Source: Octopus vulgaris (lineage: Eukaryota). Taken from it: DNA of 64,000 nucleotides. The position numbers were made by a program, and so were the translations under genes. The notes below the pieces were generated by a model. That model did not search any database and had not been told where the DNA came from. It saw only the letters and a program-made list of their open reading frames with translations. This document shows, one piece after another, positions 12,854-25,050 of the stretch (within the stretch, counting starts at the first letter, position 1; the number at the start of each line of letters is the position of its first letter). The stretch spans positions 13,392,001-13,456,000 of the forward strand of contig OX597835.1 in assembly GCA_951406725.2 (NCBI GenBank), written 5' to 3'.

Positions 12854-13637
12854 GATGATGACCTGGCAGAAACGTTAGCATGCCGGGCGAAATGTTTAGC
12901 AGTATTTCATCTGTCTTTACATTCTGAGTTCAGATTCTACTGAGGTTGACTTAGCTTTTCATCCTTTCGGGGTTGATAAATTAAGTACCAGTTGCGTACT
13001 GGACTCAATCAAATCAATTAGACACCCTCCCCCAAAAATTTCATGCCTGGTGCCTAGAGTAGAAAGGATTCTTCTCCTTCTCCTCCTCCTCCTTATTATT
13101 ATTAAGGTGGTGAGCTGGCAGAATTGTTTAAATGCCAGGCGAAATGCTTAGCAGTATTTCATCTGTCTATACATTCTGAGTTCAAATTCTACCGAAGTCG
13201 ACTTTGCCTTTCGTCCTTTCAGGGTCAATAAATTAAGTACCAGTTGTGTACCAGGGTTAATCTAATCGACTGGACACGCTCCCCTGAAAATTTCAGGCCT
13301 CGTGCCTAGAGTAGAAAAGATTATTATTATCATTATTATTATCATTATTGTTATTATTATCATTATCATCATCATCATCATCATCAAAGCAGCAAGTTGA
13401 TAGAATCATTAGCACACCGGGCAAAATGCTTTGTGGCATTTTGTGTGTCTTGCACATTCTGATTTCAAATTCTGCCAAGGTTGACTTTACCTTTCATCCT
13501 TTCAGGGTTGATAAAATAAGTACCAGTTGCACACTGGGGGTCGATATAATCGACTTATCCCCACCCCTAAAATTGCTGCCCACGTGGAAAAATTTGAAAC
13601 CATTCTTCTTCTTCTTCTTCTTCTTCTTCTTCTTCTT

Positions 13638-13708
<71 letters not shown>

Positions 13709-13711
13709 GAT

Positions 13712-14270
13712 TGAGTGAGAGAGCAGTGCATGCCATCAAAGTGACACTGGGGTAAAATATAGGAAGCCCAGTATACCCATCATGACTACCCGTCTGATAA
13801 GGGTACACCAGGCACATGCATCACAACCATATGCGCGCGACATGGTGATCTCATATCAAGATAAACAGCACACGACCTTGCATGTGGGGCCCAGTTAGAA
13901 TTTTCTTCTGGTCAAGTAACCCATCCTGCTCAAAAGGTCCCTGAATAAGGGTTGTTTAAGGATGTTGAATGAAAAACCCATGTTTCCAGAGGTGAATTAT
14001 TCAAACCCCAAAGAATCCCTCTCAACACATGGCTATGATGCTCCCCCACTACTTCTGCTCGTGATCAGAGATGCACATATCGTCAGCCACTAAGGGACAT
14101 GCTCAACTGGTTAAGGTCAAACAACTGACAAGCAAATCTGTGGTATTGAACAGAATATTTGGTGTAGCCCATCTTTTATACCAAGACAAAACAATTTACA
14201 TGATAACACTTCCAATCAGTTAAGATCAGAAGCCATGAGAGCCACTGCCTGGTACTGCATCAGGGCATTT
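13712..14270 (-). mobile_element. Family C element, full length (~560 bp)
   Basis: Same 5' end (aatgccctgatgcagtaccagg) and 3' end (ctctcactca+(ATA)n) as 57240-57791. Confidence 0.85.
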
Positions 14271-14313
14271 ATTATCATTATTATTATCATTATTATTATT
14301 ATCATCATCATCA

Positions 14314-14389
<76 letters not shown>

Positions 14390-15193
14390 AACAGTAATTT
14401 AAGTATTACATTACTCTTACACAATTAACCAGAAACTCTTGCTTTCTGTTATAAAAGTGTTTAAATAAACTTTCGCTTTTGTCTAGCGAACGTTTCGCTG
14501 AGGGTAGCGGTGCGTGGGTGGTGCGGTGCGTGGGTGGTGCGGTGAAGCTTCAGAATAATTTATCGAGGATATCCGAATCTCTTTTTTTTTGATACACGGA
14601 AGAAGCATTTCTTTTCTGAATTTTGTTGTTTTTTCTTTTTCAAATTTTGCTCGCTTCTTTTTATTCGTTCGTTTACAATTTATTTATTAATTTCTTCGTT
14701 TATTTATTCAACATTTTCTTTTTGTTGTTGGATTGTTTTTTTTTTTGTGGGGTTTCTTTTTTTTTTTTCATAGTGTCGGCTAGAAATAGTTGAGTTATTT
14801 TTCTTTTTAACAACTTATTTTCATGTCCAAGTATTGATTGGATTTTTCTTGCAGTTGTTGTTGTTATTATTTTGTTCTGTTGAATCTCCAAGAACAATTA
14901 TTTTTGTTATTTTGGAACTCGGCTACAGACATTCTATTCTTCAATACCCAAGAGTCTAGAAACTTGTTAATTCTTAAGTTTATTTTTATTATTTAATTTT
15001 TCCTAAGACCTAAGGCTTATTCAAGGATTTCATTGACTGTTTTCCTTTCTTGTATTCTCAGCTGGTTGCAGAAACTGAACTTAGATTCAAGAATATTTGA
15101 CTCTCATTCCATTGTTTGATTTTTGTTTTTCTTTTGGCATTATTATTATCCTTATCATCATTATCATTATTATTGTTATTATTATTATTATTA

Positions 15194-15239
<46 letters not shown>

Positions 15240-15420
15240 CATTATTTTTATTTTGTTATGTTTTGTGTTTACTGAACTAAAATCGTCTGCAACAAAATAA
15301 GTCTTTATATTTATTTAAGAATTTTCTCAGTCCTTAATATTAATTTAACAAAGATTTCCTTTCGATGTCCTGTACTTTGTTTAATACAGTACTGATAATA
15401 AAGATGATGGTGATGGTTGC

Positions 15421-15479
<59 letters not shown>

Positions 15480-15518
15480 TGATGACAATGATATATAATA
15501 ATATTAATAAGAATACTA

Positions 15519-16000
15519 ATGGGCTACAGCAAATATTCTGCACAATACCAGATTTGCTTGTCAATTCTTTGACCTTAACCAGTTGACCGTGTCCCTTAGT
15601 GACTGACGATATGGGCATCTCTGATGATGAGCAAGAGTAGTGGAGGAGCATCACAGCCATGTACTGAGAGGAATTTTTCTGGGTTTGGATAATTCACCTC
15701 TGGAAACATGGTTGTTTCATTCAACATCCTTAAGCAACGCTTATTCAGGGACCTTTTGAGTGGGATGGGCTATTCGACCTGAAGAAAACCCGAAATAGGC
15801 CCCACCTGGAAGGCCATGTGCTGTTTATCTTGATATGAGATCACCATGTCACACACATATGGTTATGATGCATGTGCCTGGTGTATCCTTCTCAGACAGA
15901 TAGTCATGATGGGTATACTGGGCTTTGTGTATTTGTATCCCTGTGGCCCTTTGATGGCTTCTCTGTGGCCCTTTGATGGCTTGCACTGCTCTCTTCCTCA
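15519..16000 (+). mobile_element. Family C element, 5'-truncated and diverged
   Basis: Colinear with 57340-57791; (AAT)n flanks. Confidence 0.85.
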
Positions 16001-16039
16001 ATAATGATAATAAATAATTATAATAATAATAATAATAGC

Positions 16040-16462
16040 AGTTTCACATTTTGGCACAAGGCCAACAATTTTGTGGGAGGGGGTAAGTCAACTACATCAA
16101 CCCCAGTGTTTAACCTCATCAACCCCAAAAGGATGCAAGGCAAAGTCGACCTTGGCAAGATTTGAACTCAGAATGTATAAAGACAGATGAAATGCCACAC
16201 AGCGTTTTGCCTGGCATGCTAACAATTCAGCCAGCTCGCCGCCTTAATCAGAATAATGATCATTTCTACAATAGACACAAGGCCTGGAATTTGGTGGGAA
16301 GAGGACTGTTCTATTACATCAACACCAAAAGGATGAAAGGTAAAGTCGACCTCGGTGAAATTTGAACTCCGAGTATAGCAATTGGTGAAATACCACTAAG
16401 CATTTTGCACAGCGTACTAACAATTCTGCCAGCTCACCAATTTGATAATAACAATAATAATG

Positions 16463-16517
<55 letters not shown>

Positions 16518-16540
16518 TGATGATAGTAATAATAATAATA

Positions 16541-16589
<49 letters not shown>

Positions 16590-16609
16590 TGATAGTAATA
16601 ATAATAATA

Positions 16610-16644
<35 letters not shown>

Positions 16645-16666
16645 GATGATAGTAATAATAATAATA

Positions 16667-16728
<62 letters not shown>

Positions 16729-17184
16729 CCTTTTTACTATAGATACAAGGCCTGAAATTTGCAGGGAGGGGTTAAGTCAATTACATTGAACCCCCAGTAC
16801 TCAGCTAGCACTTAATTTATCGTCCCCAAAAGGATGAGAGGCTAAGTCAACCTTAGCGGAATTTGAACTCGCAACATAACGAAGGGAGAACGGATGCTGA
16901 CAATCATGGTAGTAATAATGATAATAATAATAATAATAATAATAACAATAATAATGATGATAATAAGGGTTTCAAACTTTTGCCACAAGGGCAGCTTGGG
17001 GAAGGAGATTAAGTCGATTACATCGACCCCAGTGTGTAACTGGTACTTAATTTTTCGACCGCGAAAGGATGTTTAAAGGCAAAGTCGACATCGGCGGAAT
17101 TTGAACTCAGAATGCAAAGACACATGAAGTGCTCCTAAGCATTTTGCTCGGCACAGTAACGATTTCTACCTGCACACCACCTTG
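16040..17184 (-). mobile_element. Cluster of four family B SINEs with (AAT/GAT)n tracts (long tract 16444-16727)
   Basis: Reverse-complement family B motifs at ~16040, 16262, 16728 and 16970. Confidence 0.85.
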
Positions 17185-17629
17185 ATGATGATAATAATAA
17201 TAATAATAATAATAATAATATGATAACAATGATGGTAATAATAATAATAATGATGATGATGATGATGATGGTGATGATGGTGGATGGTGGTGGTGACAGT
17301 ACTTCCTTTTAGAAATGTTGGATTAGCAAGGTTATCGGCTGAGCTTAAAGGCAAGACAAATAAATTGAAATGTAAGACGAGCGTGGCTTTGGTTTAACTT
17401 CATTATCATTTTAAATATAGAAGCAATTTGCAAGTGCAATCATCTGTGTAAAATCCTTTGTTCCAATTACTACCACCACCACCACCACCACCACCATCAT
17501 CACCACCACCATCACCACCGCCACACATTTTGAATACACACACACACACATATGTACACACACACACATGTGCACACACACAGACACATGCACACACCTG
17601 ATGTGGAGATGGAAAGTGTAAGTTAGTCA

Positions 17630-17725
17630 TATGTATGTTTGTACATATGTGCATGTGTGTGTGTGCATGTGTGTGGGTGGGTGTTTGTGTGTGTGTGTGT
17701 GTGTGTGTGCATGTGTGTGGGTGGG

Positions 17726-17792
<67 letters not shown>

Positions 17793-17809
17793 ATGTGTGT
17801 GGGTGGGTG

Positions 17810-17848
<39 letters not shown>
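17630..17848. repeat. (GT)n compound microsatellite
   Basis: Direct reading. Confidence 0.95.
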
Positions 17849-17849
<1 letters not shown>

Positions 17850-18629
17850 TTGACAGAAATGGTGAAGAAGTCGCATGCATACATGGACGACCGTTATGAT
17901 GGAAAAGGAAGAATAGAAGAATGGCAGAGGGCAGAGAATGAGTGGCAGAATTGGTTGAATGCCAGACTAAGACACCTTGCAGTATTTAGTTGCAGAACTT
18001 TACGTCGTGAGTTCAATTCCTTGCCAAGGTTCACTTCACCTCTTGTCTTTCCTTAATTGGTGCAGCAAGTGAATACCTTGTTCCAATCTAGCATGAAGTT
18101 GCTCTCACTCCTAAAATGCCCGGCTTTGTTAGGGGGTCCCTATGACAACCACCACCACCACCACCACCACCACCACCAGCACCAGCACCGATGCTACCAT
18201 AACCACTGTTGCTCCTGCTGTTGCCATAATTTTCATTTTTTATTGACCCTGAATGGATAAAATATAAAATTGGTTTTGGTGAGATTTGAACTCGGAATGT
18301 AAAGAATCAGAACAAATATTTGCAAGATATTTTTCTCTGATTCTCTGATGATTCTGCAAAATCCACTGAACTCCATTCTCCTTAATTTCTTACAAGAAGA
18401 TCACAGTCAGAAATTTTGGGTAGGGTTGTGGGGTGGGGTGGGTCGTGTCTAGGCTGATCGTATTGACTCCATTATTTCACTGGTACTATATTTTGTAGAC
18501 CCCTAGAAGGATGAATGGCAATGTAGTAGTGGTCGTGGGTGGTGGAACTGCAGCTATTGGTGGCAATGGTGGTTGTGGTGATGGCGGTGGTGATGGGGAA
18601 TATTAAACAATAATGAATTCTGTACAAAG

Positions 18630-18812
18630 AATATGTGTGGTTGTATATGTGTGTGTTTATGTATGTATGTGTATATATATACACACGCACATATATATGT
18701 GTATGCATATATGTATATGTATACATATTTCCATGTATATATACACACACATATACACATATATTTGTATTTCTATATATATATATATGTGTGTGTATAT
18801 ACATACATGCAT

Positions 18813-18911
<99 letters not shown>

Positions 18912-18940
18912 CAAACACACATATACAACCACACATACAT
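18630..18940. repeat. (TA/CA)n microsatellite
   Basis: Direct reading. Confidence 0.95.
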
Positions 18941-19163
18941 TTTTTTATTTTTATTCTTTTACTTGTTTCAGTCATTTTGACTGTGGCCATGCTGAACTAC
19001 CTTTAGTTGAACAAATCAATCCCAGGAATTATTCTTTGTAAGCCTAGTACTTATTTTATCGGTGTCTTTTGCCAAACCACTAAGTTACAAGGGATGTAAA
19101 CACACCAGCATCAGTTGTCAAGCGATGGTGGTGGGGACAAACACAGACACACAAATACATACA

Positions 19164-19543
19164 AAGAAGCCAGCGCCATTTTGAAACAGCAAGATCTCAC
19201 CTGCAACCATTGCCATATGCGAGACAAAAACGAGATCTCACCTGCAACATTATTTAAGGAAAAGACAGCAATTTTTTCCCCTCTCATTCTTTTCACATGG
19301 ACGCCGAGTATGACTTTGAAGCCAGGAGCTCACAGCAGACTTTTGTTCCGCTGTGATACCACATGCATTGTCTCCAGAGGTTATTGAACCTCATGTGTTT
19401 GGAAGAGAAGGCTAACTACACACTGCTGTGAAAATGGTTACTGAAAGCAAAACCCTTGTACGAAGCACCTAAGAATAAACGGTTATTGAATTTTCTCCAC
19501 CTGAGAACTTCATTCTTCGTATTTCCAACTCCTTTAATCAACA
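19164..19543 (+). mobile_element. Possible partial LTR
   Basis: Short direct repeat agatctcacctgcaac x2, TATA-like tatttaagg, AATAAA, ends ...caaCA; no TG start or TSD seen. Confidence 0.3.
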
Positions 19544-19554
19544 GAATAATTATA

Positions 19555-19772
19555 TATTTCTTTATTGCCCACAAGGGGCTAAACATAGAGAGGACAAACA
19601 AGGACATACAAAGGGATTAAGTCGATTACATCGACCCCAGTGCGTAACTGGTACTTTTATTTATCGACCCCTAAAGGATGAAAGGCAAAGTCGGACTCGG
19701 CGGAATTTGAACTCAGAACGTAACGACAGACGAAATACCGCTAAGCATTCCGCCCGGCGTGCTAACGTGTCT
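19555..19772 (-). mobile_element. Young family B SINE, variant tail (…ccccttgtgggcaataaagaaat)
   Basis: CpG-intact copy; same tail as in 48368-48773. Confidence 0.85.
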
Positions 19773-19830
19773 GAGAAGAAGAAGACTACCCCAAAAGTAT
19801 CATGAAACCCTTCCTTCCATTATAAAACAA

Positions 19831-19860
19831 TGACCCCCGACGTGATTCGAACACGCAGCC
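19831..19860 (-). pseudogene. 3' half of a tRNA-Trp gene (T arm + acceptor strand)
   Basis: Reverse complement GGCTGCGTGTTCGAATCACGTCGGGGGTCA matches the eukaryotic tRNA-Trp 3' end with one extra G; no CCA; followed by TTGTTTT. Confidence 0.75.
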
Positions 19861-20233
19861 AAGGTGCCACGCCATGGGACTGAACCCAGAATCATGTGGT
19901 TGGTAAGCAAGCTTCTTACCACACAGTCACTCCTGCGCCTACATGTATACAATACATGTGGGTGTGTATGCATATTCATTGAAATGTAGCAAATTTACAG
20001 TCAGCTGTTAAAAAAAAATGTTACTCCAGATTTCCGTCCACATTTCAACACCACCACACTAAAATAATTACATTTCACACCATGGAGCTGCACATGTTGC
20101 AGCAATAATCATGTAATGAGACTTGGGTTGCTTCTCACACTCATTCTAATTTTGTAATAATTAACACAAGAAAGGTGCTTGTTTTTTTTTTCATATTTAT
20201 ATGTTTGTGCAACAATGTTTTTATGCATCTGTT

Positions 20234-20652
<419 letters not shown>

Positions 20653-20802
20653 GTTCATCTATTTTATCGATCTGTCTATCAGTTTGTCTGCCTTTCGGTC
20701 TTTCTCTATTTCCATCCATCCATCCATCTATCTATCTATCTACAGCTATATATCTCTTCATCTATTCACCCTGCCATCAATCTGTATGCATTTGTGAGGT
20801 GT

Positions 20803-20842
<40 letters not shown>

Positions 20843-21544
20843 ATGTGAAGAAACAAAAGTAGGAATCAATACATTTAGTTGAAGGTGTACTTAATTAACA
20901 AGTTGACTCAGCACTTACCTATATTGGATCACACACACACACACACATAGATTGATAGATAGGTAGGTAGGTGGGTGGGTGGATGGGTTCGTTTGTGGGT
21001 GGGTGGGTGGATAGATGGATAGATAGATAGATAGATATATAAATAGATAGATAGATAGATAGATTGATTGATTGATATATAGGGATAGAGATAGAGATAT
21101 AGGTAGATAGACAGACAGAGATAGAGAAATAGGTGGGTAGGTAGATAGATAAATGGATAGATAGATAGATATGTATGTAGAGAGACTGACAGACAGACAG
21201 AGAGATAGACAGAGACAGAGAGCATATAGATAGATAGTAAGATAGATATAAATATAGATACACACACATACATGGTGATTGCTCCATCTTCCCAGATTAT
21301 TGTTGTCTCCTTGTGCTTCCTCGTTGTCAATGTCATTGACATTTTTGATTTTGCGTCTTTCTGTCCATGACCTTTCAGTTGACTACTCAGTTCTGCTGCA
21401 GTTCTGCATGGTCTAAAGCATAGGTTGTAACTCACTGTGCATTCCTGTGTAATTTATGAAAATTACATGGCTAAATAATTATTTATTCTCCTCTCAAACC
21501 TCCTAACTCAATGGTTCTTTATATCATCATCATCATCATCATCA

Positions 21545-21899
21545 TCGTTTAGCGTCCGCTTTCCATGCTAGCATGGGTTGGACGGTTCGACCGGGGATCT
21601 GGGAAGCCAGAAGGCTGCACCAGGCTCCAGTCTTATCTGGCAGTGTTTCTACAGCTGGATGCCCTTCCGAACGCCAACCACTCCGTGAGTGTAGTGGGTG
21701 CTTTTTACGTGCCACCTGCACAGGTGCCAGGCGAGGCTGGCAACGGCCACGGTCGGATTGGTGCATTTTACGTGCCACCGGCACAGAAGCCAGTCGAGGC
21801 GGCACTGGCATCGGCCACGATTCGGATGATGCCTTTTACGTGCCACCGGCACGGAAGCCAGTCGATGCGGCGCTGGCATTGGCCACGATTCGGATAGTG
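21545..21899 (-). mobile_element. Family D element (5' tandem 61-68-bp monomers, RTE-like body, (GAT)n tail)
   Basis: Reverse complement matches 56821-57180. Confidence 0.85.
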
Positions 21900-21998
21900 C
21901 TAGTATATATATATTATTCGGATTGCTAGTATATACATATATATCTATATATATATATATATACTAGCAAATACGCCCCCTCCATTGGATGGTGTAAG

Positions 21999-22260
21999 TT
22001 AATGATAGGACTGGAGTCTAAAATAGTGTAATTTTGCTTCTGTCTGTGATGCACTAACAGTGGAAGTACCATTGCAAGCATGCCAGAGTTCTGGTTGTTG
22101 AGCAGTCTGTGATGCTCTGGCGATCGAGGTAGAAGCAGCATTGCAAGCACACCCAAAACACACATTGTTCTTCTGTCTCGCTTGTCCCCGAGGAATGCAA
22201 AACGGAAGCATTTTGTGTTTTTCTATCAATGTGACTCTTGCTTTTTTTTGAGGGGGGCAT
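21999..22260 (-). pseudogene. Decayed STPR-like (23-aa repeat) N-terminus, Helitron-type
   Basis: MPPSKKSKSHIDRKTQNA...SETEEQ then, after a frameshift, CACNAASTSIARAS-QTAQQPELWHACN; 23-aa period with Cys/Trp where Arg is expected (CpG decay). Confidence 0.5.
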
Positions 22261-22744
22261 CCTATCGAAAATCTATAATTGAATGAATCTTTTAAAAAAA
22301 ATTTAATTAAATTTACCTCATTGCTGTTTGCAAGCTCTAAGTATGGCATTTCAACACAAAAAAATTCCCACAACGCTGAAGTGCACAATTCTTTGCAGTG
22401 GTATTCTAAGCACCAAAATGGCACATGGATGCAGACAGTTGCGAATGAGCATTCACATCTATAAGCACATGTGGACAGAACGTATTTTGAGAAAATCGAT
22501 ATTCTATTGACCAAAAGTGCAATTGTGATAAAATGTAAACGATCAATGCAAACACCTGTTCACTGACAGGTAGCAGAAAAGGTAAAGGGGATTTCTAAGG
22601 AATATTACATTTAAATGCGAAGTTTAAATAAAAAGAATGTGCAAATCAAAACGATTTCTAGGGCTTCTCTGAAAATGAAAGACAGCTAAAACCAGGCTTC
22701 CTTTGGGAAAAAAGGATGTTAGCATTAAAATTACATTATATTAA

Positions 22745-23603
22745 CCCCTTAATGGATCAATTATTTTGACATGGCATTTCATTTCACAGCATATTTTTTT
22801 TTATTTCCTTTTTTAATTATATACACTGTGTTAATTACAAAACATTTTTTTAATATTGTTTCCTTTATTTTTTATTATAGAAATTAAAATGTACTTTTAC
22901 TCGTTTGGATTTAAATGAGTTAACTCAGATATTGAAAAAATACATATAACTTAACTTTCTTATAAAAAAATCTTCGATTTTTTTTATAAGATGTATTGCT
23001 TTTAAATCAAAGGAAATTTTTTTTAAAAATGAGATAGACAGTTTATTTAGAATGATAATTTTTAAAACAAGGAGTTACACACAAAGTTATCTTGCAGACA
23101 TCACACATGTATCTGCTTTCTCTTCGAATCTTCTTTCCTTTAGCGTCTCTCTTCTCAGCGCATTTTGCACACTGTCTTGTGGGGTTCTTTTTCTTATCGC
23201 TTGGTGGTATTTCCATGGGAAAGTGACCAGTTGGGGCAAATCTTGTTGGATGTGGGAACGACGATGGTCTTCCTGGTTTCGTCGGAGGCCTATATTTTTC
23301 AAAAATCTTGGTGATTATTTGCATTCTAAATGTCAGTGGTTTCATAGCAGAAGCTGAAGTTTCCAAAGATGCTTTATACAAAACATAAGCATTCCGGATA
23401 GCCAAATCCATCAAATGAAAAAATACTTATTTTTTTTAAACAACGCGAGTAAATTCGTGATTGCTCAAAAATGAAACGACACAAAACAAATAAACTCGTT
23501 TGAGTGCTAAAATTAAAAGTTAATTTTGACCGAGTATACTCGTCTGGTTCTAAAAAGATACATATACGATGCACAAGTAAACTCGGGATAATCCATTAAG
23601 GGG
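22745..23603 (-). mobile_element. Non-autonomous piggyBac deletion derivative (859 bp)
   Basis: 13-bp TIR CCCCTTAATGGAT (22745-22757) / ATCCATTAAGGGG (23591-23603); TTAA at 22741-22744 and 23604-23607. Confidence 0.93.
23043..23426 (-). pseudogene. piggyBac transposase C-terminal fragment with Cys-rich domain
   Basis: VFFHLMDLAIRNAYVLY...HFP...RQCAKC...RRESRYMCDVCKITLCVTPCFKNYH; DDD catalytic core absent. Confidence 0.9.
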
Positions 23604-23920
23604 TTAATTTAGAAGTAATAAATATTCTTTATAAATAAAGTTATTTAAATCCATGTAACTAGAAAACTCCAAATGGGAAATAGGGTTCAGCAATGTGCGA
23701 TGTAGACCGATAAATTAGCAAACCTTGTGGATGAATAAGCTGCCAGAACTGACTGAATAGTGCTCTTTTTTAGAATGTAACCAATGAATTTGATCTGTAA
23801 AATTCATAAAAATGATTACAAGAATTTACCAAAATATCTTTCATTTATGCTTACTGATATAAAATAACTCATAATTTGAAATGTTGATACAAATATTCCT
23901 TCTTCATGAAATGGAATTAA

Positions 23921-24141
23921 CCCTTTAGCATTTAAACCGGCCATATCCGGTCAAAAGTATTCTGCTTGTTTTATGTTCAAACTGGCCAGATCTGGTCTCT
24001 CACACCAACCCTACAATATTGTTTTAAAAATGAACAGCTACCTCATCAAAATCTCAAAGCTACAACATAATGCATGATTAGTTCAAAACAATGTGGATAA
24101 AAAAGGATTAATTTTGGTAGAATAATGCGAACACTAAAGGG
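23921..24141. mobile_element. piggyBac-type MITE (221 bp)
   Basis: TTAA|CCCTTTAG...CTAAAGGG|TTAA; partial copies near 43296-43485 and 49667-49780. Confidence 0.85.
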
Positions 24142-24890
24142 TTAAAGAATAAACAATGGGTGTGTACATGTCAAATCAAGTGAGTCATGCAAAAGTCGAA
24201 AAATACCGCTAATTTTTTTGTTTTATATAAGAAACTGTTTGCTAAAGTTGAGATATTTGTCATCCAAATTTCCACACTCAATTACCAACTAATTTGTCGT
24301 TTTCGACTGTCAATTGAATTTTGTTGTGAGAAAATACTCACCCAGTTGATTGATCACCACCAATTAGTGCCATTCATTCATTAAAGTTAATATTTTATTT
24401 CATTTTTACTTATTCAAAATAATTGCCTCGTCTTCTTACTCTTTTCTGTCAGCTTATTTATTAAACGCAGATGACATGCCTGGATGCACGTGTTCGAGTA
24501 CAGTTCATTCTAGAATGATATCAATTTTTACTGCAGTCATGTATGTTCTTTCTTGAAATTGCTTAGAAAGCTTCATGCAATTAATGCTCTGATGCTGATT
24601 GGACGAACATAGTGGCTGTTCGAATGGGATTTGTGGAATGATAGCCAATAAGCACTATTGAAATCAGATTTTCCATCAAGGTTTTGATTAACAAAGGGCA
24701 TATCTGACTTTGAAACTAATGATTATGTTATGAAATTTAGCCGATGCACCCACTGTGAAGTCTTTTACCTATGTGTAAAATTTCAGTGCGATCAGTTGAA
24801 AAATACAGCCGTTATAATCTTTTACACACATGCACTCACACACACACACACACACAACAGGATTTATATTATATATATATATATATATAT

Positions 24891-25050
24891 ATGACAGGCT
24901 TCTTTCAGTTTCCATCTACCCAATCCACTCACAGGGCTTTGGTCAGCTCAAGGCTATAGAAGAAGAGACTTGCCCAAGGTGCCACACAGTAGGACTGAAC
25001 CTGGAACCATGTGGTTGGGAAGCAAGCTTCTTACCACACAGCCACGCCTG
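24891..25050 (-). mobile_element. SINE family A, 5' half
   Basis: Reverse complement matches the family A head. Confidence 0.85.

Larger units (their letters stand above)
10467..13602 (+). mobile_element. Cluster of seven family B SINEs separated by (ATT)n/(CTT)n tracts
   Basis: Copies start near 10467, 11092, 11350, 11624, 12852, 13104 and 13386. Confidence 0.9.
18950..19940 (-). mobile_element. SINE family A split into 3' half (18950-19162) and head (19861-19940) by a ~700-bp insert
   Basis: Both pieces match family A; the central part of the SINE is missing. Confidence 0.7.
21964..24880 (-). mobile_element. Probable internally deleted Helitron carrying nested TTAA elements
   Basis: Minus-strand 3' end: imperfect hairpin ccatcc-aat-ggaggg then ...ttgCTAG|T (21964-21967); 5'-type end atataatataaatcc+(TG)n+ctgaaattttacac near 24760-24880; STPR-like ORF remnant inside. 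Confidence 0.5.

Noticed and set aside
19831-19860. Primer-binding site of an LTR element
   Set aside because: It lacks the TGG complement of CCA, extends 30 nt rather than about 18, and is not adjacent to the LTR-like end at 19543.
21272-21444. Minus-strand exon (cag|...|gtatgt) with one open frame
   Set aside because: Weak pyrimidine tract, the donor comes from a microsatellite edge, and the peptide is unrecognisable; not supportable without RNA data.
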